Assembly (NCBI GenBank): GCA_049516015.1
Contig: JBEKTN010000042.1
Coordinates: 2,930 to 66,929, forward strand
DNA: 64,000 nt
Reading direction: 5' to 3'
From: Isosphaeraceae bacterium
GTDB taxonomy: Bacteria; Planctomycetota; Planctomycetia; Isosphaerales; Isosphaeraceae
The notes under the pieces are model-generated. The model had not been told where the DNA came from and made no database searches. It saw only the letters and a program-made list of their open reading frames with translations. The position numbers were made by a program, and so were the translations under genes. Position 1 is the first letter of the stretch. Every line of letters begins with the position of its first letter. Shown piece by piece: positions 29,727-40,018 of the stretch.

Positions 29727-31307
29727 TCAGCGACTGCGGCCTGCCTGTGCAAAGAAGTCGCGGAACTGGGTCTCAATGACCCGCACGGGCTCACCCAGCC
29801 TGTCCTCCAGAGATCGGCCTGTGCTCCGCCTGATCCGTCCCCGGTACGCATCGCGTACGAAGTCGAGGAAGGCATCGCGGTAGGTTGCATCATTCCACTG
29901 CATGAGGAAGACCGCCAGCGCCATGGCCTGCTGGTAATTCGTAAGGATGCGATCGCGACGATTGAAGGAATTCTGGTCGAGCATGAGGAACTGCTCTAGC
30001 GGCAGGAACTTGCCGTCGGAAAGCGACTGCCGAGCCGCCGCGAGCCGCTGCCCGACCAGGCCGCCGACCTCGAGCGAACCGTCGGCCTGGGGCGTCACCG
30101 TCTCAAAATAGGTTCCCAGGCCCTCAAAGACCCAGTAACTGCCGACGTTCTTCGTGTAGGCGTTGGGACCAGCGGTCTCGAAGAGAAGCTGGTGCGAAAC
30201 CTCGTGGTAGAGGGTCGCGGTGACGGGAAGCTGCCCGTCGACATCCCGGAAAAAGTAAGCCGTGGCGCGACTACCTTTACCTGGCTTGGGTGGATTGTAG
30301 TAGCCCAGGCTCTGGTCAATGTCGGCATCGGTCGAAGGCTCGAGGTGCCCGACGTACTCGTCCTTGGTCGCGAAATAGAAGACCTGATGCAGTCGGTAGG
30401 ACGTTTCGCCGGTCAGCGCGGGAGAGCGGAATCGTCGGGCAAGCGGCAGGTTCTCGCCCACGAGGTCGGCGAGCAGCGTGAAGAAGACGTCGTAAAACGC
30501 CTCGAGCCTGCGGGCGAACTCGATGGCCTCGCCGAGTGGGACATCGCTCTGGATCTCGAAGTGCTCGGTGGCAATTTGCCAGGGCTTCTTCCAGTTGGAC
30601 CGGAGCCGGTCGGCTTCCTCTGCGGGCAGCCAGCGAACCTGCTTCTGACCGCGGACAGAGTAAGCGGGTAGCTCGCCCCGGTCGAGGTGCTGGACCCAGT
30701 CAGCCGGAACCCAGCCGAAGATGGGATGATTGACGTTGCCGTCCTTGAGCTGGCGGACAGCGAACGGCCGCGCCCAGCCGCCCTCGTAAGGTACGTAGCC
30801 CAGAAGCCTGCGCGCTTCGGGATGCTCCGGCTGCCGCTGGAGGACTTCGCGAAGATAGACTGCGGCATGGGCATATTCCGGCGGTCTGGCCGTGGCAGCC
30901 CGCTTTGCCAGGTCAAACAGTTCGGACGCCGCCTTGAAGCGAATCTGCTGAAGCTCCGCGATCCAAGGCTGGGCTGACCCTTCCCCTGTCGGCTTCCCGG
31001 TCCCGCTGCTCACACTGGCCAGCCCCCGACCCTGGGGCGGGACGACCTCGGGCAAAGGTGTCACCCGGCTGCCACCATCGCGCGGCCTGGTGCGGGGAAG
31101 AAGGCTGCGCAGCTCCGACCGAGCCTGGGCCATCCCATCGCCGGTCAGAGAAACGGCCAGACTTTCCAGGGCTTTCGCCTCCCGCTCCTCGATCGCGCGC
31201 CTGGTTGCTTGCAACTCAGCCGGAAGAGGCGGGCCGGTCGCCGGAGGCGGGACCTGAAGCACGAGCGAGAGGCCGATCGTCCAGGCGATGGGAAGCATTG
31301 TGATCAT
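29727..31307 (-). CDS. Secreted DUF1570-like (HExxH) protein
   Basis: Signal peptide; ARRLLGYV, TEHFEI, TLYHEVSHQL, WVFEGLGTYFE. Confidence 0.8.
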   Translation of the reverse strand: MITMLPIAWTIGLSLVLQVPPPATGPPLPAELQATRRAIEEREAKALESLAVSLTGDGMAQARSELRSLLPRTRPRDGGSRVTPLPEVVPPQGRGLASVSSGTGKPTGEGSAQPWIAELQQIRFKAASELFDLAKRAATARPPEYAHAAVYLREVLQRQPEHPEARRLLGYVPYEGGWARPFAVRQLKDGNVNHPIFGWVPADWVQHLDRGELPAYSVRGQKQVRWLPAEEADRLRSNWKKPWQIATEHFEIQSDVPLGEAIEFARRLEAFYDVFFTLLADLVGENLPLARRFRSPALTGETSYRLHQVFYFATKDEYVGHLEPSTDADIDQSLGYYNPPKPGKGSRATAYFFRDVDGQLPVTATLYHEVSHQLLFETAGPNAYTKNVGSYWVFEGLGTYFETVTPQADGSLEVGGLVGQRLAAARQSLSDGKFLPLEQFLMLDQNSFNRRDRILTNYQQAMALAVFLMQWNDATYRDAFLDFVRDAYRGRIRRSTGRSLEDRLGEPVRVIETQFRDFFAQAGRSR

Positions 31308-31439
31308 TCCGTCTTCACCTTCAAGGCCAAGTCCAAGGGAAGGCTGACGACGTTTCTGACGCTCCTGGCTGCGAGAGTATTCGCTGGCTCACTTCACTCC
31401 CGCCATTTCTGCTGGCTCTCGCGAGAGCTGGTTGGTGCT

Positions 31440-31539
31440 CTAGATGTCCGTTTCGTAAGTCCACCGCCAGTTCCAATCGTTATCCCGTAAGGACTTACGA
31501 CACCAGGAGTGGTGAAGGACTTACGAAACGGACATCTAG
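31440..31539. mobile_element. 100-bp MITE with perfect 23-bp terminal inverted repeats ending in CTAG
   Basis: ctagatgtccgtttcgtaagtcc ... ggacttacgaaacggacatctag. Confidence 0.85.
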
Positions 31540-31643
31540 GTTGATCTGGACGGGTACGGCGATCCGTCGCACAATGCCGGCCTCGATCGGCAATTCCCTG
31601 CTCGACTGCGATTTCCGGGGGAAACGAAAGGATTGGGTGGATC

Positions 31644-32192
31644 ATGGTGCTGTCGCGTCCCCGCATCCCCAACGTGGCTCTCCTGGTCCTGGGATTGCTT
31701 CTGGGTTGGGGTCTTGCGAACATCCGGCCCGCCCAGATCCAGGCCGGCGGCGGAGACCGTTCCGGGGATTCCATCGTCGCCACGGGTCCTGTCCTGATCC
31801 GCTATGATGAAGGAAGCAAGGTTCAAATTCCACTCGAGGCCATTTATCTTCTTGATTATAAGGCGGGCCGGCTGCTGGGAACGGTTCCCTCGCTCCACGG
31901 AACGGTTGGAACCTCTCGCTACCTTGGGGCGTTCGCCGAGCGCGATCTGGTCGCCGACTTCAAGGTCGACCCGGATAACCGACCGCGGCCGCATTTCCTG
32001 ATGACCACCGGCGCGCTGGGCAGCTACAGTGCGGGTTGGGCGCCTCTCTATGTTTTCGAGACGACGACCAGCCAGCTCGTGATTTATCGCATCCTTCAAC
32101 AGACGGTCGGGACGACGGCCAACACTCGGCTTGAACTGGTCGAGAAGCGCTCACTGGCCAAAGGCGAGGGTCCCGCTCAGACCGGCCGGTGA
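31644..32192 (+). CDS. Membrane-anchored hypothetical protein
   Basis: N-terminal hydrophobic helix; AIYLLDYKAGRL, RDLVADF, PHFLMTTG. Confidence 0.75.
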   Translation: MVLSRPRIPNVALLVLGLLLGWGLANIRPAQIQAGGGDRSGDSIVATGPVLIRYDEGSKVQIPLEAIYLLDYKAGRLLGTVPSLHGTVGTSRYLGAFAERDLVADFKVDPDNRPRPHFLMTTGALGSYSAGWAPLYVFETTTSQLVIYRILQQTVGTTANTRLELVEKRSLAKGEGPAQTGR

Positions 32193-32267
32193 GACCGGCC
32201 ACCGCTGGATTCCGGCACAGCCGGACGACACTCAGCGATCAGGCCCGTCATCGCGCAGCGCAACCCG

Positions 32268-33038
32268 CTAGAATGTGGGCGAGCCGGATCCTTGGGCACC
32301 CTTTGTGGCGGGACGGCCCCCCTGCCCGCCAGCGGTCGCAGCGCTGGATCCGGATCCTCCGCTGGCCGCGGCGCCAGCGCTGCCGGATTCCTCGGTCAGT
32401 ATCGGGGCCTGGCCATAGGGACGAGCCTCCTGGTGGTTCAGCAGCCAGGTCGCCCGTGGGTCAAAGACTTGCACCGCAACCCGCTGGTTGCCGCTGCGCC
32501 CGTATTCTCCATAAGGATCACGCGTGCCCGTTCCATAGCGGGCGAAGATCATGCCGGTGGTGCACTGGAAGAAGCCCAGCCACTGGTGATCAAGACCCAT
32601 GCCGAATGGCGGTTTGTACTTGTAGTCGATGGCCCCAAAAATCCTCTTGTTCACCGGCGCGGTGTGAAATGCCAGAACCAGGATCGCCATGGTGACCAGC
32701 GACGTGGCCAAGGCGAAGCAGAGCCGGCCGGCGTGGTAGATCGGGACGGGAAATCGCACCATCGCCGGGGCCAGAGTTTCGGTGGTCATCCGCAAGAGCA
32801 GCACGGCGACGCAGAAGATCGACAGCAGGGAAAGGGTGTCGGAAAATCCCCAGCCGATGCCGGTGCTGTCAATCAGCCTGGCCAGAGGCTCATAAAAGTT
32901 GAACGCGATCAAGCCGCCGAAGACGACGTTGAAGAACATCAGCGCGGCGCCCCAAAGACCCTCGCTGGACAGGGCGTAGGTCATCAAAAGGATCAGGAAG
33001 GCCATGACCAGGTCGGTGACAACTTTGGGTACGGACAT
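32268..33038 (-). CDS. CvpA (colicin V production) family membrane protein
   Basis: EGLWGAA...GLIAFNFYEPLA, four TM segments; downstream of gspE. Confidence 0.7.
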   Translation of the reverse strand: MSVPKVVTDLVMAFLILLMTYALSSEGLWGAALMFFNVVFGGLIAFNFYEPLARLIDSTGIGWGFSDTLSLLSIFCVAVLLLRMTTETLAPAMVRFPVPIYHAGRLCFALATSLVTMAILVLAFHTAPVNKRIFGAIDYKYKPPFGMGLDHQWLGFFQCTTGMIFARYGTGTRDPYGEYGRSGNQRVAVQVFDPRATWLLNHQEARPYGQAPILTEESGSAGAAASGGSGSSAATAGGQGGRPATKGAQGSGSPTF

Positions 33039-33147
33039 GGATCTACTCTCGTGGTTTGGTCAAAGATGTCGCCGCCGCGGATCAGCACTCTTCAACCCGT
33101 CCGGCCTCATCCCGCGACCCCGATCGTTGTGTCAGGTTCCCGCACGC

Positions 33148-34896
33148 TCACTTCACAACGCGCAGCAATTCCTCGATCGATGTCCGACCCTGGATGACCT
33201 GGCGGAGACCGTCTTCTTGGAGAGAGATCATCCCGTTCTTGCGAGCCTCGGCCTTGATCTTGTTGATCGATGGATTCTCCCGCAGCAGCTCCCGCAGAGG
33301 CTCGGGAATGACCAGTAGCTCATAGATCCCGGTGCGGCCGAAGTAGCCGGTCCCGCCGCACTGTTGGCAGACCTGCTCCGGATTCTCGGGCCGGCGGTAG
33401 AAGACATCGATCTTTTCCACCCGCAGGTTGGCCTTCTTGAGAAACTCGGGCTTGGGCTTGTAAGGCTCCTTGCACGCCTCGCAGAGCACGCGGACCAGGC
33501 GCTGGCCCAGCACGGCGGTCAGCGCGGAGGAGATCATGAACGGTTCCACCCCGAGGTCGAGAAGCCGGAACAGAGAGGTCACCGCGTCATTGGAGTGAAC
33601 CGTGGAGAAGACCATGTGACCGGTGTTGGCGGCCTGGCAGGCGATCGTCGCGGTCTCCTGGTCGCGGATCTCACCGATCATGATCACGTCGGGGTCCTGC
33701 CGCAAAATGGACCGCAAGGCGGTGGCGAAGGTCTGCCCGGCCTTGGTGTTGACCTCCATCTGCGTGATGTTGTCCATGTGGTATTCGATCGGGTCCTCGA
33801 CCGTGATGATGTTTCTCTGGTAACGATCGATCTCGCGGAGGGAAGCGTAGAGTGTGGTCGATTTTCCCGACCCGGTGGGGCCGCAGCAAAGAAACATGCC
33901 ATGGGGCTGGGTCACCAGGCTGCGCACCTGCTCGATGATCTTGGGACGCATTCCCAGGTCTTCGAGCTTGGTGATCGACCCCGAGTTGTCGAGGATTCGC
34001 ATCACCAGTTTCTCGCCGGCCTTCGAGCCCGAGGTGGCAACCCGGAAGTCGAGATCTCGGGCCTGGAGCTTGGCGCCGAAGGAGCCGTCCTGGGGCTTGC
34101 GCTTCTCCGAGATATCCATTGCCGAGAGCACCTTGAAGACGTTGATCACTGCATCACCGGTGGGCCGGTCGAACGGCTCGGCGGCGTGGAGAATGCCGTC
34201 GATCCGGTACCGCACCGAGAGCTGTTCGGTGGTCGGCTCGAGGTGGATGTCGGTGGCGCGGCGCAGGACCGCGTCATAAACCAGCTCCTTCGCGGCCATG
34301 AACGACCGGGATTCCTCGGCCTGATGCACCCGGCTGGGGTCCTCCTTGGCCGTGCCGGCGCTCTTGCCGACGAACGTGATCGGCGGCCCGGTTCGGTCCA
34401 CCATGGTCACGTCCTTGTTGAACATGGGCCTCATGCCCAGCTTCAGCAAGAGGCCGTTGGCGACCTCGCCCAGGTGATAAGGCGTGAGCACCTTCTGGTC
34501 GTCGGGAACCGTTTGATTGCGGACGTACGAATACACCAGAATCGGCACGAAGTACGCCAGCAACAGCAGTGCCAGGCTCAGAGGGTAAATCGGGATCGCG
34601 AAGATCAGGATCAGCCCGAGCACCCCCGAGAAAAAGACCACGCTGTTCCAGAGCGCGAACTTGACATTGTTCAGATCCTTGGTGTCGTGCTCGACCCAGT
34701 CGGTGGTCCACGTCCAGAGCAGGTAGATCACGACCACGGGGATGAACTTGTAGAGATTCAGATAGAAACCCGGGCCCCGCACGATGTTGGGCGACTGGGC
34801 CAGAACCGGGGCGAGGAGCTCCGCGGCGTCGGCCCCGGCGACGGCGCCGAGAATCGTCAGGAGGACCGTCGCGAGCACCAAGAGCGGGCGAATCAT
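33148..34896 (-). CDS. GspE/PilB family ATPase with N-terminal membrane segments
   Basis: ATDIHLEP, RYRIDG, PQDG, GPTGSGKSTTLY, TVEDPIEY, LRQDPDVIMIGEIRD, TGH, CEAC/CQQC. Confidence 0.93.
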   Translation of the reverse strand: MIRPLLVLATVLLTILGAVAGADAAELLAPVLAQSPNIVRGPGFYLNLYKFIPVVVIYLLWTWTTDWVEHDTKDLNNVKFALWNSVVFFSGVLGLILIFAIPIYPLSLALLLLAYFVPILVYSYVRNQTVPDDQKVLTPYHLGEVANGLLLKLGMRPMFNKDVTMVDRTGPPITFVGKSAGTAKEDPSRVHQAEESRSFMAAKELVYDAVLRRATDIHLEPTTEQLSVRYRIDGILHAAEPFDRPTGDAVINVFKVLSAMDISEKRKPQDGSFGAKLQARDLDFRVATSGSKAGEKLVMRILDNSGSITKLEDLGMRPKIIEQVRSLVTQPHGMFLCCGPTGSGKSTTLYASLREIDRYQRNIITVEDPIEYHMDNITQMEVNTKAGQTFATALRSILRQDPDVIMIGEIRDQETATIACQAANTGHMVFSTVHSNDAVTSLFRLLDLGVEPFMISSALTAVLGQRLVRVLCEACKEPYKPKPEFLKKANLRVEKIDVFYRRPENPEQVCQQCGGTGYFGRTGIYELLVIPEPLRELLRENPSINKIKAEARKNGMISLQEDGLRQVIQGRTSIEELLRVVK

Positions 34897-35136
34897 TAGC
34901 GGACCTTTCTTGGGAGGATCACTTCGAGCCCAGGCAAAGTGGCGGCAGGAACGATAGCCGGGCCGTAACAGCAACCCCTCGCCGGCCGCCATGTCGTTCG
35001 GCCCAGCGCTCCGCGCCGCTCGCAACGATCGGAGCGAAGCGGCTCCGCTCGGCTCGGCTCGACGACCCTCCGGCAAACGCGCCCTTCGAGCTGCCGGCGC
35101 CCTTCGACCGAGCGTGCTCCTGGCGAACCTTGACTC

Positions 35137-36288
35137 TTATAGAATACCAGGTTGAGGGATGGTAATCCCCTTGAGCGCCATTTTCAAAGCCTCGGGGCTG
35201 GGAGCGACCTCGAAGGCCGTCGCGCGCTCGATCTTATCGGCAACGACGAGCTGCCGCAGGCTCTCGGTGAAGTCCATCATCCCTTCTTCCCTGCCGATCC
35301 GGATGGCGTCGCCGAGCTTGGTGTCCTCCTCGTTGAGAATCAGCTTCCTGACCGTGGGATTGTTCCGCATGATCTCGTTGGTCGGAACCCGTGTCGTCCC
35401 CTTGGCGGCCAGTTCCTTCGTCGTCGGCAAGAGCTTCTGGGCAATGATCGCTTTGAGGTTGAACCCCAGCGACTGCCGCAGCGATGAATGCATCTCTCGC
35501 GGGAACAAGTCGAGAAGCCGGCCGATCGTCGAGGGGGCGGTCCCCGCGTGGATCGTACCAAACACCAGGTGCCCCGTCTCGGCCGCGTGCATGGCCGCGC
35601 TGAACGTATCGCGGTCGCGCATCTCGCCCACCAGGATGACGTCCGGGTCTTGCCGCATGGCGTGCTTGAGAGCCACGTCCCAGTCGATCACGTCGATGCC
35701 GACCTCGCGCTGGTTGATGATCGATTTGTCGTCCTTGAACGTGTATTCGATCGGGTCCTCGATGGTGACGATGTGCAGCCTTTCGCGCTCGTTCATGTAC
35801 TGGAGCATCGAGGCGATCGTCGTGCTCTTGCCCGACCCGGTCACACCCGCGACGATGATGATTCCCTGATCGTACTGGGTGATCTCGGCCAGGACGGCCG
35901 GGAGGTGGAGCTCCTCGAAGCTGGGGATCTTGTTATTGACCCGCCGCGCCACCAGGCTGAGCCGGCCGCGCTGCTTGAAGAGGTTGACGCGAAAGCGGGT
36001 CTCCAGGTCGCCGTCAAAGACGATATGGGCAAAGTCAACTCCCCCTTCCTCGTCGAGGATTCCCCGCTGCCGCGGCGTGAGCAGCGGATACATCAGCCGC
36101 TCCATGTCGGCGGTGCTGAGCGGCGGAAGCTGCATTTGCCGCAAGACCCCGGCCAGCCGCAGCGAGGGAGCGAATCCGACCTTGAGGTGCAGGTCCGAGC
36201 CTTTGTATTTCATCACCATCCGGAACAGCTTGTTCGCCTCAGGCTCATTGGTGATGGTATCCAGCGAAGCTTCCACAGCGGTCGACAT
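35137..36288 (-). CDS. pilT: PilT/PilU family retraction ATPase
   Basis: SDLHL, RFRVN, GVTGSGKSTT, TIEDPIEY, QREVG, RQDPDVILVGEMRD, AAETGHLVFGTIH. Confidence 0.9.
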   Translation of the reverse strand: MSTAVEASLDTITNEPEANKLFRMVMKYKGSDLHLKVGFAPSLRLAGVLRQMQLPPLSTADMERLMYPLLTPRQRGILDEEGGVDFAHIVFDGDLETRFRVNLFKQRGRLSLVARRVNNKIPSFEELHLPAVLAEITQYDQGIIIVAGVTGSGKSTTIASMLQYMNERERLHIVTIEDPIEYTFKDDKSIINQREVGIDVIDWDVALKHAMRQDPDVILVGEMRDRDTFSAAMHAAETGHLVFGTIHAGTAPSTIGRLLDLFPREMHSSLRQSLGFNLKAIIAQKLLPTTKELAAKGTTRVPTNEIMRNNPTVRKLILNEEDTKLGDAIRIGREEGMMDFTESLRQLVVADKIERATAFEVAPSPEALKMALKGITIPQPGIL

Positions 36289-36396
36289 GGCTCGAACTCC
36301 TCGGGACGCAAAGGCGGAATGAAAGAAGATGATTCTGGGATGCAGCCTTGTTCTCGATCGGTCGGCACCGTCCCTTGCGGCTGGCTCGTGAAATCA

Positions 36397-37230
36397 TCAC
36401 TCCCGCCTGGCCGCGACCGCGGGAATCTCTCCCGGCGGCGCGTGGGCGCGCTCGCTCGGTATGACCAGCCGCACCGGCACGCCGTGCCGCGCCAGGTATT
36501 CCTTGGTTGCCGCGATTGAGTACTCGCGATAGTGGAAGATACTCGCGGCCAGGGCCGCGCTGGCGCCTGCCTCGGCCAGCGCCGCCCGCAGGTGCTCGGG
36601 ATTCCCGGCTCCGCCCGAGGCAACCACCGGGATTTCCACGGCCTCGACCACGGCGCGCGTCATTTCCAGATCGTAGCCGTTTTTCGTGCCGTCGGCGTCC
36701 ATGCTGGTCAGGACGATCTCGCCGGCCCCCAACCGCTCGACCTCGCGTGCCCAGGCCACCGCCTCCAACCCCGTCGGAACTCGACCGCCGTTAATGTGAA
36801 CTTCCCAGACCTCGCGACCGTCATGCATGACCCGCTTGGGGTCGATGTTCACCACGATGCACTGGCTGCCGAACTTGCGCGCGGCCCGGTGAACCAGATC
36901 GGGGTCGCGCACAGCGGCCGAGTTGATCGAGACCTTGTCGGAGCCCGCCTTCAAAAGTGCCCGGATGTCGTCCAGGCTGCGGATCCCCCCGCCCACGGTC
37001 AACGGCATGAAGCAGACCTCGGCCGTCCGCCGGACCACGTCCCAGAGGATCTCGCGCTCTTCGTGGCTGGCGGTGATGTCGAGAAAAACCAGCTCATCGG
37101 CTCCCTCGGCGTCATACCGCGCCGCGACCTCCACCGGATCGCCGGCGTCGCGGAGGTTGAGGAAGTTCGTTCCCTTGACCACCCGGCCATGGTTGACGTC
37201 AAGGCAAGGGATGATCCGCTTGGCCAGCAT
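36397..37230 (-). CDS. hisF: Imidazole glycerol phosphate synthase subunit HisF
   Basis: [49 protein letters not shown]. Confidence 0.98.
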   Translation of the reverse strand: MLAKRIIPCLDVNHGRVVKGTNFLNLRDAGDPVEVAARYDAEGADELVFLDITASHEEREILWDVVRRTAEVCFMPLTVGGGIRSLDDIRALLKAGSDKVSINSAAVRDPDLVHRAARKFGSQCIVVNIDPKRVMHDGREVWEVHINGGRVPTGLEAVAWAREVERLGAGEIVLTSMDADGTKNGYDLEMTRAVVEAVEIPVVASGGAGNPEHLRAALAEAGASAALAASIFHYREYSIAATKEYLARHGVPVRLVIPSERAHAPPGEIPAVAARRE

Positions 37231-37508
37231 GCGCAGCCCCATCGCGGCACGCCCGCCGACAACACGCCGCCCGGCGCGCCCGAATCCATGTCTGTAACTG
37301 AAGGTTTGGCTCCGATCCTCGAAAACACGCCAATGTATTCTATAAAACCCGGGAGATTGATCCTAGAGGCTGATGAAAGATATCGTTGGAGATCCTGGCT
37401 GCCTGCCAGGGCAGCTTGCTAGAATCAGAAATTGTCCAGAAGTCGGGGGGCATGTTCCTCGGTTTGCTTGAAACGAGCAAGCACCCGGCGATCGACGTGA
37501 GATCCGCG

Positions 37509-37706
37509 ATGACAAGCTTCACCATCGAACTTCCCGAAGAGCAGGTTCGTCGCTTGCGTGACCTGGCTCACAAACTGGGAACGACCCCCGAGGACGTGCT
37601 TTGCGCCGGAGTCCAGGAGTGGCTGACCAGCCCCGCGACAGACTTCGCGCATGCCGCCTCTTATGTGCTCAAGAAGAATGCCGAACTCTATCGGCGGCTA
37701 TCGTGA
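37509..37706 (+). CDS. Ribbon-helix-helix-like putative antitoxin, orphan
   Basis: TIELPEE..RRLRDLA..LG.TPE...AASYVLKKNAELYRRLS; no toxin ORF follows. Confidence 0.7.
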   Translation: MTSFTIELPEEQVRRLRDLAHKLGTTPEDVLCAGVQEWLTSPATDFAHAASYVLKKNAELYRRLS

Positions 37707-37740
37707 GCCCCTTTGCTTCGTTGACGCTCGGGGTAGTCGC

Positions 37741-38262
37741 GTGAATTCATTGCCAGGTCGAATCCCGATCGGTTTCAAGCTGATCGGGGTCTACAAGCTG
37801 GTCACCGCCGTGCTGTCCCTGGCTCTGGGATTCGGGCTCTTCCGGCTGTTTCAGGCCGACGTGCGGACCAGTCTGGAGCCGATCGTCCGTGGCCTCCGTC
37901 TCGATCCGGAGAACCTGTTTATCCACTCGCTGATCTCACGGCTGGCGGGCCTCGACAGGACGAAGCGCCTCTGGATCGAGACAGGAACGCTCGCTTATGC
38001 CATACTCCATGGGATCGAAGGAATCGGCATTCTGCGGGGAAAGCGCTGGGGAGGGGTACTGATTATCCTGGCCACGAGCTCCTTGATACCCGTCGAATGT
38101 TTCGAGATTCTGCGACGCCGTAGCTTCGTGAGAATCGCGGCGCTGGTTCTCAATGCGGGAATCGTTTTGTACCTGGTCGTGAATCGGGGCAGCCTGCACG
38201 GCGGTCGTGGACCGACCCGGAAACAAACTGATCAAAGAGACCCGGGGGAGACGTCGCGATGA
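37741..38262 (+). CDS. DUF2127-like membrane protein
   Basis: LIGVYKLV, LRLDPEN, YAILHGIEGIGI...W, SLIPVECFE, NAGIVLYL. Confidence 0.8.
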   Translation: MNSLPGRIPIGFKLIGVYKLVTAVLSLALGFGLFRLFQADVRTSLEPIVRGLRLDPENLFIHSLISRLAGLDRTKRLWIETGTLAYAILHGIEGIGILRGKRWGGVLIILATSSLIPVECFEILRRRSFVRIAALVLNAGIVLYLVVNRGSLHGGRGPTRKQTDQRDPGETSR

Positions 38263-39404
38263 CGGCATTGATTGCATTGGGAAGCATCGTGCTGATCCTG
38301 ATCGTGTTGATCGACACGTTCGAGACGATGCTCCTGCCCCGACGGGTCAGACGTCAGTTTCGGTTCGCACGCATGTTCTACGTCTACTCCTGGGCTCCCT
38401 GGGCCGCGCTGGCCCGGTGGGTTCGATCCGAGAAGCGTCGGAATACGCTTCTGAGCCTGTTCGGTCCGTTGTCGATTCTCGTTCTCATCGCGATCTGGGC
38501 GGTGGCGTTGATCATGGGATTTGCCCTCTTGCACTGGGCGATCGGAACGCCCTTGCGTGGACAGGACGGCGCTGTCGGGCTGGGTACCTACGCGTATTTC
38601 AGCGGAGTCACGTTCTTCACGCTGGGATATGGAGACGTCACACCGGTCGACTCTCCAGGGCGGTTCCTGGCGGTCGTCGAGACGGGCATCGGCTTCGGTT
38701 TCCTCGCCCTTGTCATCAGTTACCTTCCGGTGCTCTACCAGGCCTTCTCCCGGCGCGAGATCGCGATCTCGCTGCTGGATGCGCGCGCCGGGTCGCCACC
38801 CACGGCCGGAACGCTGCTGGGCCGCCTGGCCCGGTTCAGCGATCTCGAGCGCCTCGACCAGTTTCTCGGCGAGTGGGAACACTGGGCGGCCGAGGTACTG
38901 GAAAGTCAGATCTCGTTCCCCGTGCTGAGCTACTACCGTTCGCAGCACGATAATCAGTCATGGCTGGCCGCGCTGACGGCCATCCTCGACACCTCGGCCC
39001 TGGTCGTGGCGGCGGTTCCCAAGCAAGACCGCACAGCGGCCTGGATGGCCTTCGCCATGGGCCGGCACGTCGTGGTCGATCTGGCTCAGGCGTTCCACGC
39101 CCCGCCCGTCGATCCCCCGACCGATCGGCTCGCTCCGGAACAGTGGAACGCACTCCGCGACCTCCTCGGCAAGGCGGGGCTGAAGTTGAACGAAGGCGAG
39201 GCCGTGGAGCAAAGACTCAGGGAGTTGCGGGGAATGTACGAGCCATTCGTCACCGCCCTGTCGATCAGGTTCCTGATGCCCTTGCCGCCCGTCCTGCCCG
39301 CGGGCGAACCCGTGGACAACTGGCAAACCAGCGCATGGATGCGCCGGACCAGGGGATTTCGTCAGCTCACCGCGGTCGATGCCGTTGACGACCACGAGGA
39401 TTGA
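38259..39404 (+). CDS. Potassium channel family (Ion_trans_2) protein
   Basis: YFSGVTFFTLGYGD selectivity filter. Confidence 0.9.
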   Translation: MTALIALGSIVLILIVLIDTFETMLLPRRVRRQFRFARMFYVYSWAPWAALARWVRSEKRRNTLLSLFGPLSILVLIAIWAVALIMGFALLHWAIGTPLRGQDGAVGLGTYAYFSGVTFFTLGYGDVTPVDSPGRFLAVVETGIGFGFLALVISYLPVLYQAFSRREIAISLLDARAGSPPTAGTLLGRLARFSDLERLDQFLGEWEHWAAEVLESQISFPVLSYYRSQHDNQSWLAALTAILDTSALVVAAVPKQDRTAAWMAFAMGRHVVVDLAQAFHAPPVDPPTDRLAPEQWNALRDLLGKAGLKLNEGEAVEQRLRELRGMYEPFVTALSIRFLMPLPPVLPAGEPVDNWQTSAWMRRTRGFRQLTAVDAVDDHED

Positions 39405-39710
39405 ACGCCGATTATCGCGGAGGCGTAACTTGCCTCTATGACACCTAACTTCTGGGTGCCTGCTTGCATGCATACGAGTGCGGTGACCGCTATCGCCCTG
39501 AGGCCGTCAGGGGCATGCCAGAGGTACCAATCGCCCCCCCAGCCACGGCACGGCGCCTGTCGGTGTCGGCTTTGTCAGCCCAGCCTCTTTCAACAGGGGT
39601 TTGTGGGCGGGTTTGCTGAGGGTTCTGGGTTCTTGACCTCTGACCTGGTGGGTCAGAAAGTGTCAGGATCTGGGTTGTCGACCGTTTCTAACCTTGGCTT
39701 GATCAGGTCC

Positions 39711-39809
39711 GAAACCGGGACGCAATTAGGTCGGAAACCAGAACGCAATTAGTTTGCTCGGGCGCCTGAGCAGCGGATTGCCGTCAATACTAATCGCGTC
39801 CCAGTTTCC
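39711..39809. repeat. MITE/REP-like inverted repeat with doubled left arm
   Basis: gaaaccgggacgcaattag and ggaaaccagaacgcaattagt versus actaatcgcgtcccagtttcc. Confidence 0.75.
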
Positions 39810-39820
39810 TTCCCCTAGCT

Positions 39821-40018
39821 CACCAGTTTGGCGGCTGGGGCTGGCTGTTGCTCAGCGGCGCGATCGACGTCGTGCTTGGCGTCATGATCTGGCGTGAGCT
39901 TCCGATGTCGGGACTAACGATCATCGGCGTGCTCGTGGGCATCAGCATCATCTTTCGAGGGGTGTCGTGGCTCATGGTCGGCTTTGCACTCAAGCGGCTT
40001 CCCCAAATGGCTGCTTGA
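39821..40018 (+). pseudogene. 3' fragment of an HdeD/DUF308 membrane protein
   Basis: Hand translation HQFGGWGWLLLSGAIDVVLGVMIWRELPMSGLTIIGVLVGISIIFRGVSWLMVGFALK...*; no 5' half. Confidence 0.8.
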
